Shown: positions 48,818 through 58,725 of the stretch, one piece after another | Layout of the letters: the number at the start of each line of letters is the position of its first letter | Numbering within the stretch: the first letter of the stretch is position 1 | Sequence record: NZ_CP021276.1 | Reading direction: 5' to 3' (one strand) | From: a plasmid | Length of the DNA: 64,000 bases | Position numbers and translations under genes: made by a program | Notes under the pieces: generated by a model | What the model saw: the letters and a program-made list of their open reading frames with translations, nothing else | Database searches by the model: none | Told to the model about the DNA's origin: nothing

Positions 48818-50494
48818 CTAATCTTTTACCCTTATCTCATTTAAACGAGATTCTTTTGCTATTTTTTGCAAAGCAAAGTGAACTTTTTCTGATATTACTC
48901 GGTAACTGTCTTTTGAATTACGTGAAGATATAAATATCGACAATCCTCTGTAGTATTTATCTATCTGCCCCCTCTTAAGAGATTTGAAAAAAGTATAGTA
49001 TTCTTCAATGGTTCCTGAAGCCAAGGCATCCTCATGTTCAGATGACCAACTATTATTGTATCTCATATGTTCAATTGCCTGGACAAGTGATATTTCAGGC
49101 TTAAGCTTATTATTTAACGCCTCAATAGCATCCTTGAATTGCTCATCTTTTAGCTGATTAAAATAATAACAATTATCACTATTAATAATGATTTTATTCA
49201 CACTAAGGTAGTGAATATAATCATTCATTATTTCTTCAGCGAGAGCATTTTGCTGAATTTGCCTAAAAATTGAAATAATATAATCAATGTCATTGATTGA
49301 CATACATTGTTTGTATTGAAAATATCCCGATTTTAAATCCTCGATAACCTGCTGTTCATTGTCATTAAAGCCATCAGACAAAGAGTCCCAAATATTGTAA
49401 GAAGCCTCTTTTTCCTTATCCTTAATTATTTGGCAGTTAACATTTTTTACTTCGGCAACTAGCTCTTGTTCATTAAAAAATCCAGTTTTAACACCCTGAG
49501 CCATAATAAAATCAAGGTTTGTCATTCCATAAAAAAGGTATTTATGAAGAAACTCTTTTTGCTCCTTAATGTTATTAATACCTGAATCGTTTGATGAGAA
49601 CAATTTCGGCAAGTCTTTTCCTTTTTCAATCAAAAAATCCAAGGTGGGTATATGCTCACCGACAATGTACTGACAATAAGAAAATAAACAGAGAGATTTA
49701 ATAAGCTTATCCCATGTCTCATCCTCAAGGTCGAGAACTATCGCTTGAAGATTTTCAGATAAAGTATTAATTGTTTTAATGACACGCATATTTGTCAGAT
49801 TGAGGCTCTTGAGATAACTTGCAATTAATTCTTTATGGGGATTGGTTTCAGGAATAATAGAGTTGCAACATTCCATTGAGGATACGTTCAACTGTACACG
49901 CTTATCTATCACTTTTTCATTAAGCTCGCTGAATTTATCATCATTCATTTTGTCAGAATTATAAATAACGATTATTTTGCAGTTTCTTTTTTCTTTTAAA
50001 AAATTGATATATCCCAAAATCTCATTAACAGTTAAAGATTCTCCTTTTCTTTCAATGTCATCAATACATATTACCGCATCTTTAATAGCCATGCTCATTG
50101 CATGATCTATAAGAGGACTAAACGATTTTATCCAAGGTAAACATTTTGCAATCGTTGGGGCTTTTTTGTTCCAATATCCTTTTTTCCTCATCTCTATCGT
50201 AGAGGATAAATTACTGATAAAGGTTTTTATAGAAGGTTCGTTTTCGCCAATTAAATCAGTACTGATCATATTTTCAAAAACTGATGTTTTCAGGCTTGCG
50301 AGTGAATTGATACCAAATAGTGACACATATGAATATGATTTGTAGCAGTCAGGAATCATTGTACGTTTGTTTTTGATTACGTCATTCCATATGTAGGTTT
50401 TTCCTACACCCCAACTACCGTATACGGCAAGAACTTCTGAACTTTTTAATTCTAAAAAAGCACCTATATTTTTCTCGATGATATTTCTTGACAT
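48818..50494 (-). CDS. KAP-family P-loop NTPase
   Basis: 558 aa. Walker A GSWGVGKT typical of the KAP family. Confidence 0.6.
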   Translation of the reverse strand: MSRNIIEKNIGAFLELKSSEVLAVYGSWGVGKTYIWNDVIKNKRTMIPDCYKSYSYVSLFGINSLASLKTSVFENMISTDLIGENEPSIKTFISNLSSTIEMRKKGYWNKKAPTIAKCLPWIKSFSPLIDHAMSMAIKDAVICIDDIERKGESLTVNEILGYINFLKEKRNCKIIVIYNSDKMNDDKFSELNEKVIDKRVQLNVSSMECCNSIIPETNPHKELIASYLKSLNLTNMRVIKTINTLSENLQAIVLDLEDETWDKLIKSLCLFSYCQYIVGEHIPTLDFLIEKGKDLPKLFSSNDSGINNIKEQKEFLHKYLFYGMTNLDFIMAQGVKTGFFNEQELVAEVKNVNCQIIKDKEKEASYNIWDSLSDGFNDNEQQVIEDLKSGYFQYKQCMSINDIDYIISIFRQIQQNALAEEIMNDYIHYLSVNKIIINSDNCYYFNQLKDEQFKDAIEALNNKLKPEISLVQAIEHMRYNNSWSSEHEDALASGTIEEYYTFFKSLKRGQIDKYYRGLSIFISSRNSKDSYRVISEKVHFALQKIAKESRLNEIRVKD

Positions 50495-50518
50495 GGTTTT
50501 TTATCTAACCCATAAGTA

Positions 50519-50923
50519 TTATTTATGACTTTCTATATAACTAAGTGCTGCATCTGCTAAAAATGAAGAGCGATTTTTTACTGCATGATTTTTAGAATAT
50601 AAATCAATAAGATTTAATACGCGCTCTGGAATAGTGATATTGATGCGTTTTGATTTACCTGATATTTGACTTAAATCAATATCAATAAATGCCCACACTC
50701 CACCCTGAAACTCTTCCTCATTTATCCAATGATCAATTGTAGAACCTACTGGTATGGACTCATTGTCCATTAACAACCCTTCTAAATGACATTCAATTGC
50801 CTCAATGACGTTAGTTAACGCCTCATCATAAGTAGCTCCAGCAGAATAACATCCAGGAATATCTGGGACACTTACGCCATAATCACTGTGCTCGTCTTTA
50901 TGTATTACTACAGGATATCTCAT
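50519..50923 (-). CDS. hicB: HicB-family antitoxin
   Basis: 134 aa, RNase-H-like N-terminus plus RHH C-terminus. Overlaps hicA. Confidence 0.65.
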   Translation of the reverse strand: MRYPVVIHKDEHSDYGVSVPDIPGCYSAGATYDEALTNVIEAIECHLEGLLMDNESIPVGSTIDHWINEEEFQGGVWAFIDIDLSQISGKSKRINITIPERVLNLIDLYSKNHAVKNRSSFLADAALSYIESHK

Positions 50924-51117
50924 TTTATATCCTCCTTATTAATTCCAGCCTGTTTAAAAATACTAGCTACCGTTTTAACGGGTAAATCTTTTTTAGGATG
51001 AGGCACAGTCACCCTACCCTTTTTTGTTGGATGCTTAAATTGGCAATGACTCCCTTTCTGGTGACACTTCACCCAACCATCGCGTTCTATTATTTTTATT
51101 ATTTCTGCGCTTTTCAT
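50920..51117 (-). CDS. hicA: HicA-family mRNA interferase toxin
   Basis: MKSAEIIKIIERDGWVKCHQKGSHCQFKHP... matches HicA/YcfA. Confidence 0.7.
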   Translation of the reverse strand: MKSAEIIKIIERDGWVKCHQKGSHCQFKHPTKKGRVTVPHPKKDLPVKTVASIFKQAGINKEDIK

Positions 51118-51166
51118 ATCTTTAATTATACACACTATACACACATATTCAAGAAAGCGAGATTAA

Positions 51167-51192
51167 TATCACAAGGGTACACCCTTGTGATA
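51167..51192. promoter_or_regulatory. Perfect palindrome TATCACAAGGGT-AC-ACCCTTGTGATA (12-2-12), candidate serine-recombinase crossover site
   Basis: Read directly, ~110 bp upstream of the recombinase start. Half-site TAATATCAC repeated at 51261-51269. Confidence 0.45.
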
Positions 51193-51299
51193 ATTTTTAC
51201 CTCTTCTTAAACCCCTCTTTTTTTTCTATCAATAGAGTTTTGTTTTTATTTATGATACGGTAATATCACTGTGTTTAAATTTTATTGATAGGAAAATTC

Positions 51300-52184
51300 A
51301 TGGCGCTTGTTGGTTATGCTCGCGTTTCCACCATTGACCAAAATTTGGATATTCAACTTGCTGCTTTAAAAAGCGCTGGATGCAAAAAAATTTTTTCCGA
51401 GAAAAAAAGTGGTACTTCAAAAAAAGACCGAACTGCTCTGGATGAATGTATGGAGTACATTCGTGAAGGCGATACTTTGGTAGTAACCCGAATTGACCGA
51501 TTGACCCGAAGCATTTTGGATTTGCAAACCTTACTGCATTATTTGAAAGATAAGGAGATTAATCTAAAAGCGCTAGAACAACCCGTGGATACCTCTAATG
51601 CTTCCGGTAAATTCTTTTTGGATATGCTCGGTGTTTTTGCTGAGTTTGAAACCAATCTTCGCCGTGAACGACAGCTCGAAGGCATTGAGCGTGCCAAGCG
51701 CGAAGGCAAGTACAAAGGCCGGAAACCCACTGCACGCTCAAAAACCGATGAGGTCATGAAGTTAATCAATCAGGGGTACACACGCACCGCGATTGCTAAA
51801 AAACTCAACATGGGAATTGCCTCTGTTTATCGTATCCTTAAAACTCATCGCCAGGATAATCCAGAAAAAACAATTCCAGGAAGCCAAGGAACTCAAAAAA
51901 TTGCAGTCGTTGAGGTTTGGTTACGAGTAGAAAACAACAATAAGTTTGTGCGTGGAAAAAATGAATCCAGACGCCAAATCGAGCAATACTGCTTTTCATC
52001 TTTTGATATGGTGAAAAAAGACAAGGATGGCTGGGAGTACATTTTGAAAGTTCCCTATACCAATGATAAAGACTTGGATAAAACTCTTTACGATGTGATG
52101 CATGAGGCCGAATCGATTGCCGATTGTCGCAATGGATTTACTGAAATGAGCATCATAGAACCTGCAACAGGTAAATCCTGGTAA
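51300..52184 (+). CDS. Small serine recombinase (resolvase/invertase family) with ~110-aa C-terminal extension
   Basis: Catalytic motif LVGYARVSTIDQ, HTH near aa 160-180, then an extra C-terminal domain. Stop overlaps the next start (TAATG). Confidence 0.8.
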   Translation: MALVGYARVSTIDQNLDIQLAALKSAGCKKIFSEKKSGTSKKDRTALDECMEYIREGDTLVVTRIDRLTRSILDLQTLLHYLKDKEINLKALEQPVDTSNASGKFFLDMLGVFAEFETNLRRERQLEGIERAKREGKYKGRKPTARSKTDEVMKLINQGYTRTAIAKKLNMGIASVYRILKTHRQDNPEKTIPGSQGTQKIAVVEVWLRVENNNKFVRGKNESRRQIEQYCFSSFDMVKKDKDGWEYILKVPYTNDKDLDKTLYDVMHEAESIADCRNGFTEMSIIEPATGKSW

Positions 52185-52645
52185 TGAATCCCTGGTTCAC
52201 CACCCTGCCCTGGGTTCTTTACCTTAACTTTAAAACAAAAGCGTGTTTTCATAGCGCCCGTTTTGAAAAGGCAACACGCTATTATGTCATTCGCCTGGAA
52301 CAGGATTTATTAGGTGACTGGACGCTTTGCGTATCCAATGGACGGATCAAATCAAGACTAGGACAAAGCCGTATTATTGCTTTTGAATGCTTTGCTGATG
52401 CTTGTGAACACTTTTGCCTCATGGCAAAAGAACGAAATCAACGCGGTTACCATTTGGTATCCTATGATACAGAGGATCTTCTATATCAAACCATGGTGCT
52501 ATGGGCATGTATTACAGAAAAGCCAGTGACCGCACAAAAAAGAAAGACTACAACACATAAGAAACGAGTTAGATCACCATCAAGACCAACTCCAGAGGTT
52601 CAATATCCAATTCATGATATTTCTCAAATGTCGCTGATTTTTTAA
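52184..52645 (+). CDS. WGR-domain protein
   Basis: 153 aa. RYYVIRLEQDLLGDWTLCVSNGRIKSRLGQ...KERNQRGY fits the WGR pattern (W replaced by N). Confidence 0.5.
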   Translation: MNPWFTTLPWVLYLNFKTKACFHSARFEKATRYYVIRLEQDLLGDWTLCVSNGRIKSRLGQSRIIAFECFADACEHFCLMAKERNQRGYHLVSYDTEDLLYQTMVLWACITEKPVTAQKRKTTTHKKRVRSPSRPTPEVQYPIHDISQMSLIF

Positions 52646-52662
52646 AATTTATTTTACGAAAC

Positions 52663-54030
52663 TTAAGATATCCGTTGGATTGCCCTGCTATTCAAACCAT
52701 TGGAGTGATTTGCAAGCCAGTCCTCATCCAAAAAGCATGATAATTGCTCACTATCAAATCTTGACTCATCCTGATGCTTAAACCATTCATAAATCACAAA
52801 GCGTTGATAAGCTGCATCGAGGGCATACACCCCACACTCTTTAGGCGTATTATTTAAATAATCAGAAGCTTGTAGTACAGCCGCAAGGACTAAAGAGCGC
52901 GTCAACTGAATATCATTTGCAGGAACTGACTCTCCAGTCTGATCAAAGTTAACAGGAAACCCGCCTCGTATTAAGTGAATCGATGCCCCAAGCTCAGTCT
53001 TAAACTCAATATCATCCATTGGATCAAACAGTGCAGGTGCTTGTTGATTGATCATCTGGAGTAATGATAAATACTCTTTATCCTCAGAGGAACAACTAAT
53101 CAACGTTTTATTTCGGGTAGCTAGCCTTAATTGTTCTAATTGCCCCTCAGAAATATCGCGACCACTGCATCCAAAAATGTAATCGGCAGAAGCAATGAGT
53201 GCGCTCATCTCATTGGTAAAAATGATATTTTTTTTATTATCAATGAAGACCTGCTGCGCTGAATCAATGTCATGAACGACTAATCGACAACCTAATTGGT
53301 GCAATCGATTAACAACGGCTTTTCCTATTGAGCCAAGACCAACAACACCAAACACAAAATCATTAATATTCTCGGGTAAATAAGACACTATTTTATTAAC
53401 TACAGCATCAGCAATCAGAGGAGACTCTAAAAATCGTTTCGCGGCACTATTGGCTACATCAATAACAGGAATGGGTGGAAGTCCTTGCTTCTTGCTATTG
53501 ATAAATCCAGCAGTTGTTTTTTCTATCCCAATAATTTTATAGTGCTCAAGGAGCATTAAAGGCAAATAGGTGATTGCATGTCCGCCATGATCCATAATGA
53601 GAATTTGTTCCACCTGCGCATCAAGTTTTTCTACCACTTTTGCCCAGAGCCAATTGATGTCGCGAATAAAGCTATATGAATATTGCCCTATTCCAGTTTG
53701 CATCGAACAAGGCTGATAATGAACCCCTTTTTGTACCAGAGCAGAAACAACAGACTCACACTCAGAATAGCGCTTTCCTAAAACAAAGAGATGTTCCGGT
53801 TTTGCTCCCAGGTGAATTAATGCATCAATGACATTAATTGAAGTTTTTAAAGGATGATGAACATAAAAAACAGCGGTTTTATTTAAAATACCCGATTTAC
53901 CGTCCTTGCAAGCCTTTGCCAGAAGTGCATCTAAAACAGGCAAGGAAGTCTTGGAACAAACAGAGCTGTAACTTGTATCAATAGGGTCTAATTCTTTGTT
54001 CAATTCATCCTTGTTAAATAATTGCATCAA
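52663..54030 (-). CDS. NAD(P)-binding Rossmann-fold protein (2-hydroxyacid dehydrogenase / SAH-hydrolase-like nucleotide-binding domain), function unknown
   Basis: 455 aa. GVVGLGSIGKAVVNRL...VVHDID dinucleotide-binding motif. Confidence 0.4.
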   Translation of the reverse strand: MMQLFNKDELNKELDPIDTSYSSVCSKTSLPVLDALLAKACKDGKSGILNKTAVFYVHHPLKTSINVIDALIHLGAKPEHLFVLGKRYSECESVVSALVQKGVHYQPCSMQTGIGQYSYSFIRDINWLWAKVVEKLDAQVEQILIMDHGGHAITYLPLMLLEHYKIIGIEKTTAGFINSKKQGLPPIPVIDVANSAAKRFLESPLIADAVVNKIVSYLPENINDFVFGVVGLGSIGKAVVNRLHQLGCRLVVHDIDSAQQVFIDNKKNIIFTNEMSALIASADYIFGCSGRDISEGQLEQLRLATRNKTLISCSSEDKEYLSLLQMINQQAPALFDPMDDIEFKTELGASIHLIRGGFPVNFDQTGESVPANDIQLTRSLVLAAVLQASDYLNNTPKECGVYALDAAYQRFVIYEWFKHQDESRFDSEQLSCFLDEDWLANHSNGLNSRAIQRIS

Positions 54031-54218
54031 TTGCCCCTGTTAGTTAGACCACCAAAAGAGCCTTATTTTAGTTTATTTTTTCATCATATACAACATTTTT
54101 TAGACAGAAATTATTTTGCATTGGTAATATATTCTATAAAAACAATAGGTTGTGAATTAGAAACCTATTGACTATTCTTAAGTTAATAATGAGCGCCTTT
54201 TTCTTGCGGATTTAATAA

Positions 54219-56354
54219 ATGAAAAAACCAGAAAGCAACAATAAAACTCAAGACACCCTGCTTCGAAAAATTAAAGAGCAAGAAGAAATTATTGAAGAAC
54301 AAAAGAATAAAATAACGGAATTAGACACAGAAAATTTCCAATTAAAAAACCTCATTGATAATCTTCCAGGAGATATTTATTGGAAAGACACAGAGGGAAT
54401 TTGGTCAGGGGTTAATAAGCGAGGTGCACAAAGCCTACTACAAATAGGATTTATTCGTGATCGCTCTGATGTCATAGGAAAATCTGATTATCAATTATTT
54501 AGCAAGGAAACCGCTGATGAATACAGAAAAAATGACTTGGAGGTTATGAGCTTAAAAACGGAGATGACTCGCGAAGAAATTAATCAACTGCCTAATGGGG
54601 AAAAAATAATACAACTCTCAAGCAAAAGACCATTGTGGGATAAAGAAGGTAATGTAGTCGGGGTTGTTGGTAATACCATTGATATTTCTTACTTAAAAAA
54701 AATTGAAGCCGATTTAAAAACGGCTATGGAGAAAGCGGAAGCCGCAAGCAAGGCCAAAACCGAATTCCTTGAGAATATGCGCCATGACATCCGTACGCCA
54801 TTAACTGGTATTGTGGGTTTTGCTGATTTACTGAAAATGGAATCAGATAACCCTCACATTAAAGAATACTCAGAGAACCTGGTAGCATCGAGCCATGCTC
54901 TATTGGATTTATTAGATGAAGTGCTTGAAGCGATTCGAGTAAGTTCAGGAGAAATTCCAAAACTCAAGAAAAAATTCAGTCTCGAAAAAACATTAAGTCA
55001 GGTAATTGAACTCAATCGTGCACGATCCTTAGAAAAAAAACTGTCCTTAACTCTGAATCTGGATAAGTCCATACCCAAATATGTGATTGGTGATAAAGTT
55101 CGCCTACACCGTGTAGCTCTTGAGTTGGTTGCCAACGCACTGAATTTTACCGATAACGGCTTTGTTACCCTCAATGCTCTGCTTGCCAAAAAAGACGAGG
55201 GGAAGTTGGTATTAAAACTTATAGTGGAAGATTCAGGGATAGGCATTCCTAAAGACAAACAACAAGAAATCTACGTGCAATTTAAACGACTTACCCCATC
55301 CTATCAGGGCATTTATAAAGGTGCTGGGCTTGGTCTTTCAGTGGTCAAACAGTTTGTTGATGAAATGGGTGGTGAAATTTATGTGGACAGTGAGGTACGG
55401 TGCGGCACTACCTTTACTTGCCTTATTCCTCTACAAGAACCGTTGCTTGACGATGCCACAGGTATTGACTCGGAGATGGAACACATTGTTGACACACCCT
55501 TAGAAACAACCTATGCCCAGGAAATTAAACCAAGCGTTGAATCGAAACAGTGCCATGCATTTCGTGTTCTGGTCGTTGAAGATAACCCCATTGCCCAAAC
55601 GGTTGCTAAAGCGATTCTCGCGCAACTGCACTGTGATACAGACATAGCGGACACGGGTAAAAAAGCGGTAGAACTATGGAGAAATGGCCAATATAATCTC
55701 ATTTTCATGGACATCGGATTACCCGATATGGATGGTTATGAAGTCACCCATCAAATCAGACTGCACGAAATAACCCAAAAAACACACAGCCCTATCATTG
55801 CCCTTACAGCCCATGCCGGTGATGAAAACAAACAACGCTGCATAGAAGCCGGAATGAATGCCGTTTTAACCAAGCCACTAACTGCGAAAAGTTGTACCGA
55901 TATACTTGATGCATTTATTCCGGGTTATCATCAACAGAATAATACACCTAAAGAAATCGCCTATCGTTCTGAATTACCCCAACAGGATGAATCTTTGTTT
56001 GAATTGACCCCCTACTCTATTCTGGATGTTGAAGAAGGAATTAAAACTACCGGAACCATTGAGGCACTCGCCGAAATGCTGCATTTTATGGTTCATGACT
56101 CACTTCTTCCTGATGTTAAATTAATGAAACAAGCTCATGATGCAATGGATTGGGATAAAATCCAACAATTAGCCCATAAAATCAAGGGTGGTGCCGTCTA
56201 TGTCGGTACAGTAAAAATCAAAATGGCTTGCCAATATCTGGAGAGATATTGGAAATCTGGGCAACGTGAGTTAATGGAACCACTTTATCAACAAACAATC
56301 AAAGTGATCGATGAGAGCATTCAAGAAATTAATCTTTGGTTAAAATCCCATTAG
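54219..56354 (+). CDS. Cytoplasmic hybrid sensor histidine kinase (coiled-coil, PAS, HisKA, HATPase, REC, Hpt)
   Basis: 711 aa. H-box MRHDIRTPL. G-box GAGLGLSVVKQF. REC VLVVEDNP...FMDIGLPDMDG. Hpt HKIKGGAVYVG. No TM segment. Confidence 0.85.
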   Translation: MKKPESNNKTQDTLLRKIKEQEEIIEEQKNKITELDTENFQLKNLIDNLPGDIYWKDTEGIWSGVNKRGAQSLLQIGFIRDRSDVIGKSDYQLFSKETADEYRKNDLEVMSLKTEMTREEINQLPNGEKIIQLSSKRPLWDKEGNVVGVVGNTIDISYLKKIEADLKTAMEKAEAASKAKTEFLENMRHDIRTPLTGIVGFADLLKMESDNPHIKEYSENLVASSHALLDLLDEVLEAIRVSSGEIPKLKKKFSLEKTLSQVIELNRARSLEKKLSLTLNLDKSIPKYVIGDKVRLHRVALELVANALNFTDNGFVTLNALLAKKDEGKLVLKLIVEDSGIGIPKDKQQEIYVQFKRLTPSYQGIYKGAGLGLSVVKQFVDEMGGEIYVDSEVRCGTTFTCLIPLQEPLLDDATGIDSEMEHIVDTPLETTYAQEIKPSVESKQCHAFRVLVVEDNPIAQTVAKAILAQLHCDTDIADTGKKAVELWRNGQYNLIFMDIGLPDMDGYEVTHQIRLHEITQKTHSPIIALTAHAGDENKQRCIEAGMNAVLTKPLTAKSCTDILDAFIPGYHQQNNTPKEIAYRSELPQQDESLFELTPYSILDVEEGIKTTGTIEALAEMLHFMVHDSLLPDVKLMKQAHDAMDWDKIQQLAHKIKGGAVYVGTVKIKMACQYLERYWKSGQRELMEPLYQQTIKVIDESIQEINLWLKSH

Positions 56355-56453
56355 TCAAGTAATACACAGTTTAGCAACCTTCGTTATGAGCACCTCAAAA
56401 GTTAATATTTCCATAATAAATTTTAATTACCCCATTCATTATAATAAAATCAC

Positions 56454-56669
56454 TTAAGACTCCGTTGATGTCGATTTTTTATTTCTATTTAATTGTTCTT
56501 GTTTTCTCAAATAGATTTCTTGCCTGTTAACAGTCACCTGTTTAGGTGCATCAATTCCCAGTTTAAAATTTCCAGGTTCCTGGGTTTTAAAAGGGGTAAT
56601 CACCACCTTTTGATTATTCTCCAACGTAATAATTAACTCAGATTCAAAGGCTACTGTTCTTATTTCCAT
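56454..56669 (-). CDS. CsrA-family paralog (second copy in window)
   Basis: 71 aa. ...GIDAPKQVTVNRQEIY... CsrA signature. Confidence 0.7.
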   Translation of the reverse strand: MEIRTVAFESELIITLENNQKVVITPFKTQEPGNFKLGIDAPKQVTVNRQEIYLRKQEQLNRNKKSTSTES

Positions 56670-56716
56670 ATTGATTTACTCGTTTTAGTTCAAAATAATT
56701 GCAAATAAAGCAGCTG

Positions 56717-57295
56717 TTATACTACAGCAACCATCGGAGTCCTATGGGTAGAAGCAGGAAAAAATGGAGGTTCTTTTTTTATAGCATAAAACCCATTAAC
56801 GCTTGGCTTTACACCATCAAACGATTCCTGCACCTCTTCGGGTTGAACCACATCAATTTGTTCCAGACGAATAATCTGTTGTTCCTGCCGGTCTAAAAGC
56901 TTGCGATATCTCTGATTACTTTCTTCTAATTGTTTTGTAACAACAGAGAGTTTGCGTTCGGCTTCGCATATTCGCTCCGCTACCTGATCAAAGCTCTTTT
57001 CTTTATTAGTCAGGAATTCATTGAGTCTTAATTGAAATGAGGTACGTTGCTCTTCATCTGCTATGACGGTTTTTGATAGGGCTTCTACTGTACTTCTTAG
57101 AACAAGGGACAGTGTTTGTGCCTGATCAACCTCTTTACTCATTTTTACTTTAACTTCATCAAGCTCTTTAATTTTTTCAGATAACTGATTCTGATTGTCT
57201 TTATATGCCAGGACAACCTGCTCTAATTCCTTTTGAGTGTTTTCTAAAACTTGAGACTGTTCCTCAATAGAGCCTTTAAGCGTTTTGGCAGTCAA
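56717..57295 (-). CDS. Coiled-coil protein (TTG start in track; frame stays open upstream to ~57636 without ATG)
   Basis: 192 aa, heptad-rich. The upstream in-frame extension is also coiled-coil. Confidence 0.35.
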   Translation of the reverse strand: MTAKTLKGSIEEQSQVLENTQKELEQVVLAYKDNQNQLSEKIKELDEVKVKMSKEVDQAQTLSLVLRSTVEALSKTVIADEEQRTSFQLRLNEFLTNKEKSFDQVAERICEAERKLSVVTKQLEESNQRYRKLLDRQEQQIIRLEQIDVVQPEEVQESFDGVKPSVNGFYAIKKEPPFFPASTHRTPMVAVV

Positions 57296-58283
57296 TTCGA
57301 GTTCAATCTGAGTTGCACGCAGTGCCTTTTCGGTGTCATTAAGCTTACAGATTTCTGATTTTAATGTTTTAATTTGCTCACAAAATTGATCTACATTTTG
57401 GGTTAGGCGCGCATTTTCTTTCTGAAACGCATCGATTTCAAGAGCTAATTGTTCGCGTAAGAGATCTAAAGTTGAAATAACCGTATCCAGCAGGTCAACA
57501 AGACTTGAAATTCCTGCGTTTAACTGTTTGGTGTTGTTTGTGTTTTGGTTTTGATGATTTTCAAGAAGGATGTGACTTACCGCATAAATAATTCCAGTAA
57601 CAGGCGTAGCGCTCCAGAACTTGCGCCCTGATGCAAAAATTTAAAATATCAGACTGGGAAGTCTCCAATAACATCATTATATTTATCTTGTGCATCAGCT
57701 AAGCTTAATTTTGAATAAATTTCTAACGAATCTCTTTTCGCATGTTCGGAGTAAGGTTGGATAAAAGCATCATCAATATTTTTTTTTCTTAAGCCAAGTA
57801 AACAAAAAGTGTCTTAATTTATGTAATTTTAACGGCTACCCAATTATATTGTTGTTTGTCATATACTTATCAAGATTAGATAAAAGTAGATAAAAAATAA
57901 AAAGCAGGATTGAAGTGTATGTACGTTAATTGGATCAAATAGATCATTAAACATACATGGTCGATTGAAACGAACGCCAAGGTATATCAGTATTTAATTT
58001 GAGAAATATCTTACAAAAAAATAAGCAAACAAATCAATTTATTTTATTAATATAAAGCTACAATGTAATTGTTTGGCGCAGCTGGATTGTTGACAGGATG
58101 TTGAAACACTAGCGAGATCAAGGATGATCTCAATTCAATGGCAATCACAGCTGCGCACAGGCACAACTATGACTTCTATGTATACAGGACGTCCCTTGGT
58201 TAGCTCACTACAGAATTTAATTCCACGCACAACAAAAAAGACCCAGAATTCAGCTTAACTTTTAATAATGAGATTACAGCTCT

Positions 58284-58709
58284 TTACCCAACTAACTCTT
58301 TAGCCCTATCCCAAATATGCATCAACTCATTAAGGGATAGACCCTCAAGGTTAATCAATTCACGTTCCTCAGCAATCAGTTTAACCGCTCGTAATCGTCT
58401 TTCAAATTTAGTCAGCGTTTGTCCAAGTGTTACTCTTGGGCTTAACTTACAAAAAATACACAGCGAAAACACTGCGTGGAGTAAATCACCAATCTCTTCT
58501 TGCAAAGCAGTTTGATTTTCTTTAGAACTATCATGATTCAAGTGCTCCTTGATTTCATCACACTCACTGTGAATTTGATTCATGATTTGGTCTGCACTTT
58601 GCCACTTGAACCCAAATTGGGAGGCTTCTTCTTCCAGAGCGCTAATTTTATCTAAAAGTTCCATGTTCAACCTAAAAGAGATTTGACTAATATTCTTAGA
58701 AGTACGCAT
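58284..58709 (-). CDS. MazG-like nucleoside triphosphate pyrophosphohydrolase domain protein
   Basis: EEIGDLLHAVFSL motif. Likely start at the internal ATG (58664). Confidence 0.55.
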   Translation of the reverse strand: MRTSKNISQISFRLNMELLDKISALEEEASQFGFKWQSADQIMNQIHSECDEIKEHLNHDSSKENQTALQEEIGDLLHAVFSLCIFCKLSPRVTLGQTLTKFERRLRAVKLIAEERELINLEGLSLNELMHIWDRAKELVG

Positions 58710-58725
58710 TAGAATGATGCCATAC

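Noticed and set aside
48098-56382. Shared 12-mer CAGTTTAGCAAC at ~48101 and ~56370 as possible direct repeats flanking a cargo sub-block
   Set aside because: A 12-bp match is expected by chance many times in 64 kb. There is no extended similarity.
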